The notes under the pieces were generated by a model. It saw only the letters and a program-made list of their open reading frames with translations. It made no database searches and was not told where the DNA came from. From Eledone cirrhosa (lineage: Eukaryota), in the NCBI GenBank assembly GCA_964016885.1, contig OZ024741.1, positions 211,544,001 through 211,608,000 of the forward strand: a stretch of DNA of 64,000 nt. The letters run 5' to 3'. Both the position numbers and the translations under genes were made by a program. Below are positions 58,964-64,000 of this stretch, one piece after another (the first letter of the stretch is position 1; every line of letters starts with the position of its first letter).

Positions 58964-61932
58964 CCGATATTTATTTCCTAAAAATATGGAAGTAAGAAAA
59001 TAGGTCAAAAGTTCAAATGTACAAAATATAGTTCACAGGTGTGCAATCACATGACAGCAGGAAAGAAAGTGTGTTCCAGAGAATGAATGCATGTGGTTTC
59101 TGTTCTGTGGTATATCGTGAAATTTCCAACATCCGATATTTATTTCCTAAAAATATTAAATTCAGGAAAATCAACATACCTTTCCAAACGGACTTAAAGG
59201 AGAAACTTCTGGAAATGAAAAGTTCCCCGTACCTCCACGTCCCTTCAGACAAAACTAAAAACACTTATGCGGTTATTCCCGACACCTACAACAAGCTTGC
59301 GGATAATGCCATCACAGCAAAGGACAAAAAAGTTGATGACACTACTTTGACTGATACAAACATAGCCGGAAAGAAGATCGCCACTTCCCTTAAATTGGAA
59401 GACCGGACAGAACCTCTGAGGGTAAAGTCCCCACACTTCACCCTGAAAGACCACAAGACCAACTTCGACAATAAACCGTCGGTCCGGCTGATTAACCCGA
59501 CCAAGTCTGACATAAGATCCGTCAGTAAGAAGATCTTGGACAGGATTCTACCTAGACTACGTGCTGCCTCACCCTTCCCACTCTGGAATAGGACATCGGA
59601 GGCAATCACATGGTTCCGTGACTTGCCCGACAAAAGCAACACCCGCTTCCTGCAGCTAGACATCGAGGATTACTACGCCTCCATTTCAGAGAGCCTGCTG
59701 ATTGACGCGATCAACTTCGCCAGGAACTTAACCACAATTACCGAAGCCGAGCAGGAAGTGATCCTCCATGCACGTAAGACTTTTCTTTACCATGACAGAT
59801 CCCACTGGATCAACAAAAAATCTGAGACCCCCTTCGACGTTAGCATGGGTGCTAGCGACTCAGCTGAAATTAGTGACTTTGTGGGTCTGTTCATCCTCCA
59901 CAGGTTGAAGACCCTCTTCACAGGCCTCTCCGGCGGTCTCTACCGAGATGACGGCCTCTTTGCCCTCCACAAAATCAACCCCAGGACCACGGATGGGTTC
60001 AGGAAAAACCTCTACACCTTCTTTAAAAACTTAGGCCTTAGGATTACCTTAGATTCGAACTTAACTAAAGCTAACTTCCTAGACGTTACCCTCGACTTAG
60101 AAACTTCCCTTTACTACCCGTACCACAAACCTAATGAATCCCTTAGATATATAGACATTAATTCTAACCACCCCAAAAATATATTAGACAACCTAGTAAA
60201 AAGTGTCTCCATTAGGATATCTAGCCTCGCCGCCAATGAAGATATCTTTAGAGCAGCAGCCCCTATTACAACGAGGCCCTGGCCCGCAGCGGCTTTAGAG
60301 ATAAGATCACCTACCTTACTATAGCCCCACGCCCACCCAGGAAGAATAGGCGAAGGCACATTAGCTGGTACAACCCCCCCCCCCCCCTTCAACCGAGAAG
60401 TTTCAACACCTGTAGCTAACATTTTCTTCACTCTCTTACAAAAACACTTCCCCACCCAACATAGGTACTATACTATCCTTAATAAGAATACCATTAGACT
60501 CTCTTACTCTACCACACCTAATCTAGCCAGAAACTTAGCCAACAACAACATCAAGAAGCTAAATAAGTCTACTTTTTCCGAAGCCCATCCAGCAACCGAT
60601 AGTAACTGCAATTGCCCTGATAATACGACCTGCCCTCTCAACAACAACTGTCTAAAAAAAGATCTCGTGTATATATGCGATGTACTCTCAGGCCCCGATG
60701 AAAAAAGAAACTCGTACATCGGGATGACTTCTAATAGTTTTAAGACTCGCTGGTACGCCCACACACATTCGTTCCGGCGCCCAGACAAATCTAACCAAAC
60801 TACACTCGCCGCCCACATCTGGCACCTAAAAAGGAATTCCATCCCCTTCAAGACCCAATGGAGACTACTCCAGAGAGCGCGATCATACACGGGAGGCCAT
60901 AATTGCTGTGACCTCTGTATCTCCGAGAGCTATGAGATTCTATTCGCCAAAGGCCCTCTCCTCAACAAGATCTCGGAACACTCCCCTAATTGCATGCACA
61001 AGAACTATGCAAATTACAAAAACTACAGACCCCCCCCCCCCGGCCCCCCGACTGACCCCCCTCATATCACCACCCCACCCCAGCCCCCCTTCCCATTTCC
61101 GTCCCTCCATCTCTCATTATTACCCTCTTTCCTCCCCTCTATCTCTCATTATTACCTTCTTTCCTCCCCTCCAGGTCTTATATATTGTGTTGTATGCCTC
61201 TGAGTAAAGTTCCGTGGCCGCACACACAAATTCACGTATATACCTGCTCAAGTTTACATACGTGCAGTTATGAACTGCTGCACGCACACGTTCATGATTT
61301 ATTTATCTATTTAACTTGTATATTTATTTAGTTATTTATTTATTTATTTATTTAGTTACTTTATTTACTTATTTATTTATTTATCCATTCATTTATTTAT
61401 TTACTTGTTTATTTATTTGCTTATTTACTGGTTTATTTGTTTATCTGTTTGTTTGTTTGTTCGTTTGTTAGTTAACTCTTTCATTTATTTATTAATTTAT
61501 GAGTTAATGATTAGGTATTAGATAAGGGATAAAAGATAGGTAACGAATAGTGAATGGTAAATAGTAAGTAATAAATAATAAATAGTAATTAATTACTTGA
61601 TGATACTATTAATAACTTAATAGTGACATTAATTATTTTAATCCTCTATCAGGCCCAGTTTAAAATTTAAAATTTAAAATTTGTCCCACTACCTTTATAT
61701 TATAGACACATGTATGAGTGCGAACGAGTGCGTGTTTGTGCATATGCGTTTGTGTACTTATTTGTATGTATGCGTGTTTGCTTGTAAATGTGTATGCGTG
61801 TGTATGTATGTGCGTATATATATATGTATGTGTGTGTGTGTATGTATATGTATGTATATATGTATATGTATGTATATATATATATATATATGCATATATA
61901 TATATATGTGTATATGTGTGTGTATGGGTATG

Positions 61933-61995
<63 letters not shown>

Positions 61996-62456
61996 GTAAT
62001 TATATATGTATGTGTGTGTGTATGTGTATATATGTATATATATGTGTGAATGTGTGTTTGTGTGTGTGTGTGTATGTATGTGTATGTATGTGTGTGCAAA
62101 TGTATGTATGTGTATGTATAGTATAGTTTACACGAGAGAGACATACGTACTTGTAGGTGTGTATATGTATATATATATATATATATATGTATATGTGTGT
62201 GTATGTATGCATATATATGTATATATATATATATGTATATGTATATATGTATGTGTATGCGCGCGTGTGTATGTGTAGATATATGTATATATATATATAT
62301 ATGTGTGTGTGTATGTGTATGCGTGTGTGTGTGTATATTTGTGTGTTTGTGTTTTTCCTGTGTATATATGTGTATATATGTATATATGTGTATGTATGTG
62401 TGTGTGTGTGTGTGTGTATATGTATGTGTGTGTGTGTGTATGTGTATGCGCACACA

Positions 62457-62505
<49 letters not shown>

Positions 62506-63208
62506 ATGTGTATGTGTGTGTGAATGTGTAGGTGTGCACACACACACACACATATGTATGTGTGTGTGTATATATATGTAAGTATATATGTATGTATGTG
62601 TGTAAGTGTTTTAGTATGTGGTTGTGAGTATGTAAATATATTTTATTCTTTCCATCCTACTAAAACACTGTGGCCACCTGTGGCTTGTATGTTAACTTGA
62701 CCACTCACCCCAGTCTGTGCCATGATTCGGTCTTGTTAAATGTTTAATTTCTATTACCAACCCCCCTAAAAAATTTCCCTACAATATATATCTGTTGAAT
62801 TACTATTCTTGGGGTTTTTATTTATTTATTTTTTATTTATTTCTTTATTTATTTTATTTATTTATTCATTTATCTATTTATTTATTCATTTATTTATTCA
62901 TTTACTTATTTATTTATTTCAAAAAAGCACTCTGGCTAATTGACCACTCCCCATAGAAAAAACGGCCTGTGCCATGAAGTGGTCCTGTGTATCTAAATAC
63001 CACCCCCCCATCCACTACCTCTCCCTTGCCACTACCTAAATGTATAAATACCAGAACTTAATATGACACCCAGCTTCCTGAAGATTTTATCTGAATGAAA
63101 CAGTACTAGTCCTGTAGAAGCTCCTTCTATAAAATAAAAAAAATGTACTCTGCCATGTATTGAGTACCTTACTTACTGTGGTTATCCCCGACTCAACCCG
63201 GGACCTAC

Positions 63209-63209
<1 letters not shown>
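58964..63209 (+). mobile_element. Penelope-like element 5, 5'-truncated; ORF about 59150-61030; 2-kb microsatellite-rich 3' UTR
   Basis: FLQLDIEDYY, GGLYRDDGL, WYNPP, CNCPDNTTCP, YIGMTSNSFK, CDLC. Confidence 0.9.
63072..63122 (+). ncRNA. Hammerhead ribozyme, family A, intact core
   Basis: agcttc CTGAAGA ttttatctgaat GAAA cag-tactagtc-ctg TA gaagct; stem I covaries with the 4220 copy (agattc/gaatct). Confidence 0.85.
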
Positions 63210-63239
<30 letters not shown>

Positions 63240-63242
<3 letters not shown>

Positions 63243-63295
63243 GTAAGTATGTATGTATACGTACATACATATATGTATACAGACGTACAGTAGCA

Positions 63296-63383
<88 letters not shown>

Positions 63384-63808
63384 CAGGTACACAGACATAT
63401 ATGTACGTATCAGTTTAGCGGACGCTTATTATAGCGCCCGCTTTGTTCGTTTGTAAACAAACTGAACAGCCTGAATTTATGACGTACGGTGTTAAGGCAA
63501 CCACATCACCTTTTTGTTCAACACTGACACAGGAACGATGTACTAGTTTCAAGCTTGTTAGCTATCATCAGCATCGTATACCCTTCTGCCAGATGGTTGA
63601 ACGTTCGAAAGTATATACTTTCCTTATGAAAATTAACGGCTGAGCAGCCTAATTTGCATATCGAGTGAGTCCGGCCAGGCGTACCGAGAACGACAAGTTG
63701 TAATAAAATGAAAACGAAATTTCATTTCTCACTCTTATACGGCACTTACTTAAATGTAAGTATGTATGTATACGTACATACATATATGTATACAGACGTA
63801 CAGTAGCA

Positions 63809-63811
<3 letters not shown>
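63240..63811 (-). mobile_element. Diverged retrozyme-like unit (about 1.1 copies); hammerhead at 63534-63578
   Basis: Homologous to the 38373-43880 unit; ribozyme core unchanged, stem I G-U replaced by A-U. Confidence 0.85.
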
Positions 63812-63877
<66 letters not shown>

Positions 63878-64000
63878 ATACCTTGGGAGGGTCATGTTGC
63901 CAATAAGAAACACACGCACCAGCTGCTTTCACTTCAATTTAATTTAATATATATTTATAAATTTACAAATTTATAAATTTCTGGTTGGTTGGTTGGTTCC

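Overview
AT-rich, microsatellite-dense eukaryotic DNA with no convincing host protein-coding gene. It is probably from an octopod cephalopod, judged from tRNA-derived SINEs that resemble the octopus families I remember; this was not searched. The window is almost entirely retroelements: four decayed Penelope-like elements (PLEs; RT + CxCx5C + GIY-YIG, Hydra-clade-like) plus a Neptune-like fragment, three R4/Dong-like REL-endonuclease LINEs next to (TAA)n, RTE-like LINEs, a Gypsy element (tRNA-Trp PBS, -1 frameshift signal, no 5' LTR), SINE clusters, a tRNA-Leu(CAA) fragment and a 27-bp minisatellite. The hidden layer is RNA. By eye I find about 25 type I hammerhead ribozyme motifs from about 9 sequence families, plus several half-motifs. 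They lie in PLE pseudo-LTRs, in ORF-less foldback elements inserted in (TA)n, and in a ~510-bp tandem retrozyme-like array that carries its own (TA)n tract (38373-43880, with another copy at 63240-63811). Variants include U3-A8 compensatory cores, a U4C core, 88-110 nt stem II insertions, palindromic (dimer-type) stem III, and a TATA box 29-30 nt upstream of the ribozyme. All folds were read manually, and no activity has been shown.
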